Shown here piece after piece: positions 49,437 through 59,301 of a stretch of DNA of 64,000 bases. The stretch is from Pelagibacteraceae bacterium (GTDB lineage Bacteria; Pseudomonadota; Alphaproteobacteria; Methylaequorales; Methylaequoraceae): positions 527 to 64,526 of the forward strand of contig JBELJQ010000005.1 in the NCBI GenBank assembly GCA_042090305.1, in the 5' to 3' direction. The notes beneath the pieces were generated by a model. It saw only the letters and a program-made list of their open reading frames with translations, ran no database searches and was not told the DNA's origin. Numbering within the stretch: the first letter of the stretch is position 1; each line of letters starts with the position of its first letter. A program made the translations under genes and the position numbers.

Positions 49437-52049
49437 ATGAATTTAACTACTTCCAGCTTTATTGAAAAAATTAAAATCCAAAATCAAACTTTTAGTTTTG
49501 TTTGTTTAAACAAAATTAGTGAATATTTTGATTTTGATCTACTAAGCTTGCCTTTTTCGTATAGAATTTTAATTGAAAATATAGTCAGATGTGAAAAAAA
49601 CCCTTCAGTTTTAGCGGATGAAGTTGCTAAGATTTATAATCGAGCGATTGGGGAAGAAATTTTTTTTTCTCCTTCAAGAGTTTTGATGCAAGATTATACA
49701 GGAGTACCTGCTATTGCTGATCTTGCCGCAATGAGAGATAAGGTAAGTAAAGAGGGTAAGAACCCAAATATTATTAATCCAGTTGTTCCAGTAAGCTTAG
49801 TTATCGATCATTCCGTCTCGGTAGATAGTTATTCAAATGCAAATTCTCTAAAGTTTAATGTTGAAAAGGAGTTTGAACGAAATGAAGAAAGATATAGACT
49901 ATTAAAATGGGGACAAAACTCATTAAAAAATTTTTCCCTATTCCCCCCAGGTTCAGGTATTTGTCATCAGATAAATATAGAATATCTAGCTGAAATTGTT
50001 TCTAAAAAAAATAATTTGTTATTTTTAGATTCTGTCGTGGGTACAGACAGTCATACTACTATGGTAAATGCTTTGTCGGTCTTAGGTTGGGGCGTTGGTG
50101 GTATAGAGGCTGAAGCGGTTATGCTCGGTCAGTCCATTTCAATGACGGTACCTGAGGTTGTTGGGGTAAAGTTAAATGGAAGTTTAAATGATGGTCTAAC
50201 TGCTACAGATTTAGTATTAACAATTACCGAAAAATTAAGAAAATTAAAAGTTGTTGGGAAATTTGTGGAGTTTTTTGGAGATGGCCTCGAATCTCTATCA
50301 TTATCAGAAAGATCAACAATCTCAAATATGGCCCCAGAATATGGCGCTACATGTGGATTATTCCCGATAGATAATGAAACGATAAAATATCTTGAAAATA
50401 CAGGAAGAAAACAGGAAAATCTTGATATAATAGTTAATTACGCAAAAGCTCAAAAGATTTGGCATCAAGACTTTAATGAAATAAATTATTCGGAAATCTT
50501 AGAGATTAATCTTGATACTATCAATCCTTCACTTGCCGGACCTAAGAGACCACAGGATAGAATTAATTTGAACGAAATTTCACAAATTTTTAAAAATGAA
50601 CTGACAGTAGATGAAACTCAAAAACAAATTAAAAATTCTAAACTTGATTTAGGCCATGGATCGGTTTGTTTAGCAGCCATAACAAGTTGCACTAATACTT
50701 CAAATCCTGCAGTTTTAATAATGGCTGGTTTAGTTGCAAAAAAGGCAACTGAATTTGGTCTAAAAGTCCCTTGGTGGGTTAAAACCTCTTTTGCACCTGG
50801 AAGTAAAGTCGTGAATGAGTATCTAAAAGACGCAAGGTTAATAAACTTTCTTAATGATATTGGTTTTGATATCGTTGGTTATGGCTGCACAACTTGTATT
50901 GGAAATTCTGGGCCACTAGATGAAAAAGTTAATAATATAATTACTTCTGATGACTTGAATGTTTGCAGTGTTATATCTGGGAATAGAAATTTTGAAGGAA
51001 GAATCCATCCTTTAATAAAATCTAATTTTTTAGCTTCTCCTCCGTTAGTAATTATTTTTGCCTTATGTGGTACGGTAAACATTGATTTTGAAAAAGATCA
51101 TATTGGAATGTGTGGTAATAAAAAGATTTTTTTTAAGGATTTGTGGCCCTCAATGAATGAGGTTAAAAAAATAGTTGAAAGGACTGTTAAAAGTGAATTC
51201 TACAAAAAAAACTATGAATCAATTTTTAATGGCGATAGCAATTGGAACAATGTTAAAGCATCGAGCACCCCAACATTTGATTGGTCTATTTCTTCAACAT
51301 ATATAAAAAAACCTCCATTTTTAGATGATAATTCGCAAGATTTATCCAAAGACTTAATTGCTAGACCACTTCTTGTATTTGGGGATTCAATAACGACAGA
51401 TCATATTTCGCCAGCTGGCGTAATTAAAGAGAATAGTGCTGCTGGGAAATACTTGAGTGATCGACAAGTAGTGACTCAAAATTTTAATTCTTTTGGAGCT
51501 AGAAGAGGAAACCATGAGGTGATGGTACGAGGCACTTTTGCAAACATAAGATTACAGAATAATTTAGTTAATAAAAAAGGTGGATTTACAAAATATTTCC
51601 CATCTGAAGATGAAGGAGAAATATTTGATATAGCAAAAAAATATAAAGATGAAAACACACCTCTTGTGGTTATTGCTGGTAAGGAATACGGAACTGGGTC
51701 ATCAAGGGATTGGGCTGCTAAAGGAACAAAGTTATTAGGTATAAAATGTGTAATTGCTGAAAGTTATGAAAGAATTCATAGGTCAAATCTAGTTGGGATG
51801 GGAGTTCTTCCTTTACAGTTTGTTGATAATGATGTTGAGTCTCTTAACTTAGATGGATCGGAGTTATTTTATATTGGGCGTTTGGAAGAATATTTGATTA
51901 AACCTAATACCCAAAAATCAATAAAAATCATAAATTCAGATAAAAAAGAAAACCTTATTCAAGTTAAATCAAGAATAGATACAGATAAAGAAATTCGTTA
52001 TTTTAAATCAGGTGGAATATTACCATTTGTTTTAAGTAAATTAGTTTAA
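49437..52049 (+). CDS. acnA: Aconitate hydratase A
   Basis: RVLMQDYTG, DHS, GTDSHT, AITSCTN, CTTCIGNSG, SGNRNFEGR, TDHISPAG, GSSRDWAAKG. Confidence 0.97.
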   Translation: MNLTTSSFIEKIKIQNQTFSFVCLNKISEYFDFDLLSLPFSYRILIENIVRCEKNPSVLADEVAKIYNRAIGEEIFFSPSRVLMQDYTGVPAIADLAAMRDKVSKEGKNPNIINPVVPVSLVIDHSVSVDSYSNANSLKFNVEKEFERNEERYRLLKWGQNSLKNFSLFPPGSGICHQINIEYLAEIVSKKNNLLFLDSVVGTDSHTTMVNALSVLGWGVGGIEAEAVMLGQSISMTVPEVVGVKLNGSLNDGLTATDLVLTITEKLRKLKVVGKFVEFFGDGLESLSLSERSTISNMAPEYGATCGLFPIDNETIKYLENTGRKQENLDIIVNYAKAQKIWHQDFNEINYSEILEINLDTINPSLAGPKRPQDRINLNEISQIFKNELTVDETQKQIKNSKLDLGHGSVCLAAITSCTNTSNPAVLIMAGLVAKKATEFGLKVPWWVKTSFAPGSKVVNEYLKDARLINFLNDIGFDIVGYGCTTCIGNSGPLDEKVNNIITSDDLNVCSVISGNRNFEGRIHPLIKSNFLASPPLVIIFALCGTVNIDFEKDHIGMCGNKKIFFKDLWPSMNEVKKIVERTVKSEFYKKNYESIFNGDSNWNNVKASSTPTFDWSISSTYIKKPPFLDDNSQDLSKDLIARPLLVFGDSITTDHISPAGVIKENSAAGKYLSDRQVVTQNFNSFGARRGNHEVMVRGTFANIRLQNNLVNKKGGFTKYFPSEDEGEIFDIAKKYKDENTPLVVIAGKEYGTGSSRDWAAKGTKLLGIKCVIAESYERIHRSNLVGMGVLPLQFVDNDVESLNLDGSELFYIGRLEEYLIKPNTQKSIKIINSDKKENLIQVKSRIDTDKEIRYFKSGGILPFVLSKLV

Positions 52050-52073
52050 ATTTTTTAAGACGCCGAGAATATA

Positions 52074-54404
52074 TTGAAGACTAGAATTTCAGCCATACTT
52101 GGTCCTACAAATACAGGTAAGACATATGAAGCAATTAAAAGATTGCTTAACCATTCTAATGGAGTTCTTGGATTCCCCCTCAGACTTTTAGCAAGAGAAA
52201 ATTATGAACTTACCAAAGCAATGGTTGGGAAGGAGAAGGTTGCATTAATAACAGGTGAAGAAAAAATTATACCAAATGATGCTAAATATTTTTTTTGTAC
52301 AGTTGAATCAATTCCGCGTGACTTGGGATTTGACTTTGTGGGGATAGATGAGGTTCAGTTGGCGAGTGATTATGAAAGAGGTTACATTTTTACAGATAGG
52401 GTTTTAGAGAATGTAGGAGTTAAGGAAACTATATTTATGGGTTCCGAAGCTGCAGAAAAAATTCTAAAAAGGATTTATCCTGACATTAAGGTCATAAAAA
52501 AAAGTAGGCTATCTCAGATTACCTACTGTGGATACAAAAATTTATCTAGATTGCCAAAAAGGTCTGCCATCATCGCCTTTTCACAAATGGATGTATATGA
52601 ATTTGCTACTAGAATTAAACAAATGCACGGAGGTGTTTCAATAGTTATGGGATCGTTATCTCCAGAGGTAAGAAATGCTCAAGTAAAATTGTTTGAAGAG
52701 GGAAAAGTTGACTATATTGTTGCTACAGATGCAATTGGATTAGGATTAAATTTAGATATTAAGTATGTATTCTTTTCAAGTATAAAAAAATTTGATGGCT
52801 TTAATGAGAGAAGACTCACTAATGATGAAGTTGCACAAATTGCAGGTAGAGCTGGAAGATATTTAAATAACGGTCATTTTGGAACAACAGGTGAATTAAA
52901 AAAATTAAGTGATGAAATAGTAAAATTTGTTGAAAACTATTCCTACTCGGAACTACAAAATTTTTATTGGAGAAATAGTAGCCTTAATTTTGGAAGTTCT
53001 AAAAGATTAATTCAATATTTATCAAAAAAACCAGAAAATTTTTTTTTCAAGCTTAAAAGGAATGCTAGTGACGAAAGATATCTTAAATTACTTATAAAAT
53101 ATGATGAGGTAAAAGAACAACTTACAAAACCAAATAATTTAAGAATTTTGTGGGATGTTTGTGGAGTACCTGACTATTCAAAAAATTTAGATGAACATCA
53201 TACAATTTTTTTAAAAAAAGTTTTTTTGTATCTTGCTAAAGATAAAAGAATTTCAGAAGATTGGATAAAAAAATCACTAGAAGAAATTGAAAAAAAAACA
53301 AATAAAATATCAAAATTGAATTATAAATTGTCACAAATTAGAGTCTGGTCTTTTATCGCTTTTAAAGATCAATGGATTAATAATAGCCAATTTTATAAAA
53401 AAAAAGTAAAGCAAATTGAAACAAATTTATCTATAAGTTTGCATAAAGAATTGATAACCCATTTCGTTGAAGAGTCAAAAAATCAACTAAATACAGAAAA
53501 TACCTTTAGAAATACTTCTCTGGTAAGACTCGTGAAAAAAACTCTAATTCTTGGTAGAGAAAAAATAGGTAAATTAGATGGCCTAAGATTTATAATAAAA
53601 ACTAATTTTAACAAAACGAGTAAAACGTTTAAAAACAGAATTTTGAAAGATAGTCTTAGTCAAATTGTTAATGAGGTAATGGTAGACTTTGAAACCACAG
53701 ACTTCAAAAAATTTAAGTTTACAATTGATGGATCGATACATTGGGACGGATATGTTATTGCTAAAATTATAAAGGGAAGAGATTTAGTTAACCCACGTAT
53801 TAAAATAGTTTCGGATGAATGTTTTAACCAACATCACGACAAGATCTATAAAAAAATTTATTCAATAATTAATCAAAATCTCAATTATGACTTATCTTAT
53901 CAACCTTTTAATAATGAAAATTCAAGTAATCCAAATCTAAGAGCACTGAATTTTTATATATACGAAAAATTTGGGCATTGTCTTAAAAAAGATATTCAAA
54001 ACTATTATGATAATTTAGGAAAGAAAGAGATAATTGTTCTTAAAAATAGGAGGCTGAATGTTGGAGTTTTTTTTATTTTTTTTAAAGAAAAAAGGATTTC
54101 ATTTTTAAAACAAGCTCTGCTCAATGTATTCTTTGAAGGTAAACTTGAAAGTTTTATGACTAAAGAGGTATATAAATTAAATAAGAAAATATTAAATAAT
54201 GTTCCAGGTTTATATGAAAAACTTGGATTTTATTACGTTTCTATTAAAAAAAATAAATTCTTAGTCTATTATCAATATTTAGAAGATGTTTTAAGAAAAA
54301 TTTACTTCTACAAAAAAAAAAAATCTTTTAAGTTTCTACCAAAAAATTCATTTGAAGAGCTAGCTTATAATTTCAACAAATTTATAATCATTAATAGAAT
54401 CTAG
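52074..54404 (+). CDS. SUV3/MgpS-like SF2 helicase
   Basis: GPTNTGKT, DEVQ, SAIIAFS, ATDAIGLGLN, QIAGRAGR; TTG start. Confidence 0.92.
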   Translation: MKTRISAILGPTNTGKTYEAIKRLLNHSNGVLGFPLRLLARENYELTKAMVGKEKVALITGEEKIIPNDAKYFFCTVESIPRDLGFDFVGIDEVQLASDYERGYIFTDRVLENVGVKETIFMGSEAAEKILKRIYPDIKVIKKSRLSQITYCGYKNLSRLPKRSAIIAFSQMDVYEFATRIKQMHGGVSIVMGSLSPEVRNAQVKLFEEGKVDYIVATDAIGLGLNLDIKYVFFSSIKKFDGFNERRLTNDEVAQIAGRAGRYLNNGHFGTTGELKKLSDEIVKFVENYSYSELQNFYWRNSSLNFGSSKRLIQYLSKKPENFFFKLKRNASDERYLKLLIKYDEVKEQLTKPNNLRILWDVCGVPDYSKNLDEHHTIFLKKVFLYLAKDKRISEDWIKKSLEEIEKKTNKISKLNYKLSQIRVWSFIAFKDQWINNSQFYKKKVKQIETNLSISLHKELITHFVEESKNQLNTENTFRNTSLVRLVKKTLILGREKIGKLDGLRFIIKTNFNKTSKTFKNRILKDSLSQIVNEVMVDFETTDFKKFKFTIDGSIHWDGYVIAKIIKGRDLVNPRIKIVSDECFNQHHDKIYKKIYSIINQNLNYDLSYQPFNNENSSNPNLRALNFYIYEKFGHCLKKDIQNYYDNLGKKEIIVLKNRRLNVGVFFIFFKEKRISFLKQALLNVFFEGKLESFMTKEVYKLNKKILNNVPGLYEKLGFYYVSIKKNKFLVYYQYLEDVLRKIYFYKKKKSFKFLPKNSFEELAYNFNKFIIINRI

Positions 54405-54452
54405 AGCTAATAAAGCTTGAATAAATATTATTTCTGATTTATATAACCTATA

Positions 54453-54791
54453 ATGACCTACGTAGTTAAAGATCAATGCATTAAATGTAAATACATGGAT
54501 TGCGTTGAGGTCTGTCCAGTCGATTGCTTTTATGAGGGTGAAAATATGCTGGTGATTCACCCTGACGAATGTATAGATTGTGGAGTTTGTGAGCCTGAAT
54601 GTCCAGTAGAGGCTATAACCGATGATTCCGATGACTCATCAAAAGAGTGGATAGAAATAAATAGAAAGTATGCTGAGGCATGGCCTAATATAAATAAAAT
54701 GGGTACTCCCCCTGAAGATCGCGATGATTGGAAAGATATAAAAGATAAATTCAAAGATCATTTCAGTGAAAAACCTGGCAAGGGTACTTAA
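54453..54791 (+). CDS. fdxA: 7Fe-type ferredoxin FdxA
   Basis: [17 protein letters not shown] and [12 protein letters not shown]. Confidence 0.95.
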   Translation: MTYVVKDQCIKCKYMDCVEVCPVDCFYEGENMLVIHPDECIDCGVCEPECPVEAITDDSDDSSKEWIEINRKYAEAWPNINKMGTPPEDRDDWKDIKDKFKDHFSEKPGKGT

Positions 54792-54854
54792 GTCTTTTAA
54801 ACTAAATATTTTTGTGTTAATATCCACAACTTATTAATTATTGGAGTCAATTAA

Positions 54855-55352
54855 ATGAAAAAAGATTTAGATTTAGAAATAGGTGATTTAGTTGTTTATC
54901 CAACTTATGGAGTAGGCGAAATAGAGAAATTCGATACTTATGACATTGATGGATCTAATCAGGACTTTATATTAATTAATTTCAAACAAGATAAAATGAA
55001 ATTACGAATTCCAAAAGAAAAAGCATCAAGCTCAGGTTTGAGGAAATTAAGTAATAAAAATAGATTATCAAAGGCTCTTGATGTTCTAGCTGAAAAGCCT
55101 GCTGTCAAAAAAGATATGTGGATTAAACGTGCAAAAGAATATGAAAAGAATATAAATAGTGGCGACCCAGTTTTAATAGCCGAAGTTGTTCGAGATCTCC
55201 ATAAAAAAGACGATTCCTTGGAACAACAATCATACTCAGAAAGACAAATTTACTTAACAGCATTAAATAGATTGAGTAACGAATACGCAGCGGTTCAAAA
55301 TCTTGAAAAAAAGAGTGCTAAAACAAAATTAGAGGATCTTTTAAATCAATAA
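54855..55352 (+). CDS. carD: CarD family transcription factor
   Basis: GDLVVYPTYGVG, GLRKL, KDMWIKRAKEY, AEVVRDL, SYSERQIY. Confidence 0.95.
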   Translation: MKKDLDLEIGDLVVYPTYGVGEIEKFDTYDIDGSNQDFILINFKQDKMKLRIPKEKASSSGLRKLSNKNRLSKALDVLAEKPAVKKDMWIKRAKEYEKNINSGDPVLIAEVVRDLHKKDDSLEQQSYSERQIYLTALNRLSNEYAAVQNLEKKSAKTKLEDLLNQ

Positions 55353-56773
55353 ATAGTCTTAATTTTTTCACCTATCTTCAATTCCTTGCCTTTTAAATCA
55401 TTAATCACTTGGAAAATCTCTTCGGCTTCTTTTTCTTGAAGATTGATATTATCTAAAGTACTCTTAAGAAATTTTTCATCACTTTTAACTGTGATTATTT
55501 TTATTCTTGGAGGTTGGTAATAATTCTCATCTACTGCTCTAAATTCATTTATCATACTGGAAAAATCATCATTATATTTTATATTGTTTTTTGACGATAA
55601 TATAAACCTGTAAAAATAACTATTTCTTTTATCTTTGATAATTCCAATAAATAAATTTTTTTGCTTGTTCTTTGAATTTGCAATTATGTATTCAAAATTT
55701 TGATTCATCCATGAATTATGATTACTTATTTTAATCTTTGATTCTCTAGCCCACTCTTTTAAGTATGAGATAGCACTATCTTTTTTTGATTCTTTTAAAT
55801 CAAATATAATTTGAGCATCTTTACCATTCACCCCCAAAATTCTTTTAGGCGTATTTATGAAGTAAAAATTTTTTAACAAAGGGAATGTTATGCCTAAATA
55901 TGGATGTACAAATTTATCTTTAAGAAAAAAACCTTCTTTTTTGTTGTGACCAAAAATAAGTCCATCAATTTTTTTTAAGTAAATATCTCTCCCAAGTATT
56001 GGGCTAATTTGAGAATCAGCTTGCGATTCTTTTATTACTTCTCGCACTCTTTTTTGAGAATTTGGATGAGTTAGTAAGAGCTCTGAGGTTTTTTCATCGA
56101 TATTTAAGATCTCCTTCTTTGCTTTTGAATAATTTTCCATCATACCTAAAAATGTTGCCATCTGTGTTGTTTCGAATCCAGCCCTTGTCATGTACCTTAA
56201 TGCTAATTTGTCAGCTTCATATTCTTGAGTTCTGGAGTATGATAATAAGTATAATCCAGCTGTTTGGCCAAGAAGATTACTAGCAATTTGATTTTTTGTT
56301 AGCGTACTTAAAATATTAAGAATTAAATTAGTCCCAATAGTTTTGGTATATCTTCGCGCACTATGCCTCGCTGTCACATGCCCAATCTCATGAGAAATTA
56401 CTCCTGCCAGTTGAGCCTCGTTGTCACATAGAGCTAAAAGTCCTCTAGTGAGATATATATATCCACCTGGGAGAGCAAATGCATTCACAATTGGAGAATC
56501 GAGAATGGTGAACGTAAATTTTTTATTAGATAATTCAGAGGTACTTACAAGAAAATTCCCCAAACTATTTATGTAATTACCCAAAACACTGTCATTATAA
56601 ATGCCATATTGTTTAATTATTTTATCATGCTCTTGTTTGCCTATTAAGTCCTCCTCTTTACTCGACATAAGGCTAATCTCCTTATTTCCTGTTGCTGGAT
56701 TAATTTGGCAGCCTGATATAAAAACAATAATTACAAGAAGAACTTTTAAACAATATTTATTTTCAATTTTCAT
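55346..56773 (-). CDS. M48 family zinc metalloprotease lipoprotein (BepA/YfgC-like)
   Basis: Lipobox ISGC, NAFALPGGY, HEIGH, YSRTQEYEAD, LLTHP. Confidence 0.92.
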   Translation of the reverse strand: MKIENKYCLKVLLVIIVFISGCQINPATGNKEISLMSSKEEDLIGKQEHDKIIKQYGIYNDSVLGNYINSLGNFLVSTSELSNKKFTFTILDSPIVNAFALPGGYIYLTRGLLALCDNEAQLAGVISHEIGHVTARHSARRYTKTIGTNLILNILSTLTKNQIASNLLGQTAGLYLLSYSRTQEYEADKLALRYMTRAGFETTQMATFLGMMENYSKAKKEILNIDEKTSELLLTHPNSQKRVREVIKESQADSQISPILGRDIYLKKIDGLIFGHNKKEGFFLKDKFVHPYLGITFPLLKNFYFINTPKRILGVNGKDAQIIFDLKESKKDSAISYLKEWARESKIKISNHNSWMNQNFEYIIANSKNKQKNLFIGIIKDKRNSYFYRFILSSKNNIKYNDDFSSMINEFRAVDENYYQPPRIKIITVKSDEKFLKSTLDNINLQEKEAEEIFQVINDLKGKELKIGEKIKTIY

Positions 56774-56817
56774 TTTAAAATGTTAATTTGTTAGTCATCG
56801 TTTGTTAAGAAAAAAGA

Positions 56818-57333
56818 ATGAAAATATATTATTTAAGATTTTTATGGGTTTTATTTGTCACACTAATTAGTACAAAAGCAATTTCGTATGATAATCAGCC
56901 ACGCATTGCAGTTGGAGGGGGAATCTATAATTTTATGGAACATGGAAGTGATGGATTTAATGATTCATCAATTATGTATAACTTTGAACTACTTCTTAAA
57001 AAAGGTAAAAAGAGTTTTATCAGACCGTTGATAGGATTTCTGGGAACAGATCAATCTGCCTATTATGCTTACTTTGGATTGACAACAGACTTGTATTTTC
57101 TCAAATGTAAGTGTATTTTATTATCACCCAGTTTAGCTGCTGGATATTATGAAGATGGAGACCAAATAAGATTGGGTCATGCCTTAGAGTTTAAAAGTGG
57201 TGCAGATTTGAGTTATAAATTTAAAAATAATATGAGGGTAGGTGTTGGTGTTTATCACATATCAAACGCAGGAATCGGTTACAGAAATCCTGGTTCTGAA
57301 CAAGTGGTTCTTAAATATCATATACCTTTTTAA
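56818..57333 (+). CDS. PagL-like lipid A 3-O-deacylase / acyloxyacyl hydrolase outer-membrane beta-barrel, copy 1
   Basis: Signal peptide, LGHALEF, YHISNAGIGYRNPGSE, C-terminal Phe (YHIPF). Confidence 0.85.
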   Translation: MKIYYLRFLWVLFVTLISTKAISYDNQPRIAVGGGIYNFMEHGSDGFNDSSIMYNFELLLKKGKKSFIRPLIGFLGTDQSAYYAYFGLTTDLYFLKCKCILLSPSLAAGYYEDGDQIRLGHALEFKSGADLSYKFKNNMRVGVGVYHISNAGIGYRNPGSEQVVLKYHIPF

Positions 57334-57338
57334 AAAAA

Positions 57339-57854
57339 ATGAGATATTTTAGTAAATTAATATTTTTAAAATTTTTATGCGTAATCTTAGTTAATAGTTC
57401 AACAAACGCAAAAGATTCACGAAGAATTTCATTGGGAATTGGTCAATTCAACTTTATGGAAGACGGGACACCACCCCATAAAGAACAGTCTCAAATGATT
57501 AATTTTGAGATCCATTCTGGACGAAAACTTTTTTCGCTTATAAAACCTTTTGCGGGATTTTTAGGTACGAATCAAAATGCTTATTATGCATATGGAGGAT
57601 TTGGCATTGATGGATATTATGGAAAAAAGAAAAACTTTATATTAACTCCCAGCCTAGCATGTGGATTTTATAAGGATGGAAGTGAAATTAAAGCAGGAAA
57701 TCCACTTGAATTTTATATTGGTATTGATGCTTTTTATAGATTCAAAAATATCGTTAGATTAGGCTTTGGTATTTTTCATATTTCAAACGCTGATAGTGGT
57801 TATAGAAACCCAGGTTCAGAAACATTAGTACTAAAGTATCAGATACCATTTTAA
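57339..57854 (+). CDS. PagL-like lipid A 3-O-deacylase, copy 2 (tandem paralog)
   Basis: Signal peptide, FHISNADSGYRNPGSE, C-terminal YQIPF; clearly homologous to copy 1. Confidence 0.85.
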   Translation: MRYFSKLIFLKFLCVILVNSSTNAKDSRRISLGIGQFNFMEDGTPPHKEQSQMINFEIHSGRKLFSLIKPFAGFLGTNQNAYYAYGGFGIDGYYGKKKNFILTPSLACGFYKDGSEIKAGNPLEFYIGIDAFYRFKNIVRLGFGIFHISNADSGYRNPGSETLVLKYQIPF

Positions 57855-57863
57855 TTTTGAAGA

Positions 57864-57939
57864 GGTCTCATAGTTAAACTGGATATAACAAGTCCCTCCT
57901 AAGGATTAGTTTCTGGTTCGAGTCCAGATGAGATCGCCA
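57864..57939 (+). tRNA. tRNA-Arg(CCT)
   Basis: Acceptor GGTCTCA/TGAGATC, D-arm GTTA...TAAC, anticodon arm AGTCC-CTCCTAA-GGATT, T-arm TCTGG-TTCGAGT-CCAGA, encoded CCA. Confidence 0.96.
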
Positions 57940-57954
57940 GATAGGAGATAAGAC

Positions 57955-58560
57955 ATGAGTAAGGAGATAAAAAATTTTTTTCATAGTCAGTTTGATGAAC
58001 ATGACCTCATAGTAATGAGATCAAAGGAAGAGTTAGAGAAGAACTTTATAAACTTAGTTGAAATTTGTGTAAAAGCTCTAAAGAAAAATAAAAAGCTAAT
58101 TTTTTTTGGTAATGGAGGAAGTGCAGCTGATTCTCAACATCTGGCCACTGAATTAACAGTTAGATTCTCTAAAAATAGATTGGCAATTCCCGCATTGTCT
58201 TTGGTCACGGATACTTCAGCACTAACAGCAATTGGAAACGACTTTGGTTTTGAGAAAATATTTTCAAGACAGATTGAAGCATTAGGTGGAGAAGGGGATG
58301 TTGCCATTGGAATTTCTACTTCTGGCAAAAGTAAAAATGTAATGGAAGGACTAAAGATGGCTAAAAAGAAAAAAATGAAATGTATAATTTTTACAGGAAA
58401 AAACTCAAAAGTATTTGTAAAAAATTGCGATGAGATCATATCTATACCAGCAATTAATACATCAAGAATTCAGGAGATGCACATAATGATTGGCCAGATG
58501 CTTTGTAATGCAATAGAAAAGAGGTTGAATTTATCACCATTTGTTAGGGAGGAAACATAG
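57955..58560 (+). CDS. gmhA: Phosphoheptose isomerase
   Basis: GNGGSAADSQH, TAIGNDFG, FSRQIEALG, ISTSGKS, RIQEMH. Confidence 0.96.
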   Translation: MSKEIKNFFHSQFDEHDLIVMRSKEELEKNFINLVEICVKALKKNKKLIFFGNGGSAADSQHLATELTVRFSKNRLAIPALSLVTDTSALTAIGNDFGFEKIFSRQIEALGGEGDVAIGISTSGKSKNVMEGLKMAKKKKMKCIIFTGKNSKVFVKNCDEIISIPAINTSRIQEMHIMIGQMLCNAIEKRLNLSPFVREET

Positions 58561-58562
58561 CA

Positions 58563-59240
58563 ATGAAATCAAAGAAATTGTTAGTTAATGTTATCTTATT
58601 GTCTATTTTTTTTTTGAACTCTTGTAATAAAAAAAAATATCTTCCAGAACAAATAAATGAAACAGTTTTTTACGAGGTGATATTTAAAGATAAAGATAAT
58701 AAAGTAAAAAAACTTAGGGAAAGTTATCATGTTCTTGAGGAAGATAATAAAATAGTTTTACTTAAAAATGACGGCCAATTGATCAGTTATGAGTTACAAA
58801 ATGAGGGAATAAAAATTTACGCGACACATTATACAACTTTTAATAATGATGAATCTTTTAAAATTGATAAAAAAATGTACTTACCATTTCCGATAGAGCA
58901 GGGTTACCAATGGGATGAGCAGGATAAAACTACTTTACAAATGAAACTTGGATACGATAGAATATTTAATACAAATCTACCTTTGACAATGACTAACCAA
59001 ATTGTTGGGGAAGAGTACGTAAGACTAAAAGAAGGAAAAAAAGTAAAATGTTTAAAAATTGAAGGTGAGGGTAAAACAAGCTATAATCCTGGTCCTCCTC
59101 TTGGCAACATAGATATATCCGTTCATACTAAATTGTGGCTTGCTGAAGATTATGGATTGGTGAAGTACGTTAGAGAGGAAAAATCTGACTCAGCTACAAT
59201 GGGTGAGATATTTTATGAGAAAAATTTACTGATTGAATGA
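58563..59240 (+). CDS. Hypothetical lipoprotein with a beta-rich (DUF3108/TapB-like) fold
   Basis: Lipobox LNSC; LPFPIEQGYQW, KCLKIE, WLAEDYGLVK. Confidence 0.65.
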   Translation: MKSKKLLVNVILLSIFFLNSCNKKKYLPEQINETVFYEVIFKDKDNKVKKLRESYHVLEEDNKIVLLKNDGQLISYELQNEGIKIYATHYTTFNNDESFKIDKKMYLPFPIEQGYQWDEQDKTTLQMKLGYDRIFNTNLPLTMTNQIVGEEYVRLKEGKKVKCLKIEGEGKTSYNPGPPLGNIDISVHTKLWLAEDYGLVKYVREEKSDSATMGEIFYEKNLLIE

Positions 59241-59301
59241 TATTTTGAATAAATATTGTATTGATAAATAAGGCTTTAGGTCTTAGATATATACTTAGAG
59301 A

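Noticed and set aside
57864-57939. tRNA-Arg(CCT) as an integration (attB) site
   Set aside because: No integrase, no duplicated tRNA 3' end seen in the window, and housekeeping gmhA follows immediately.
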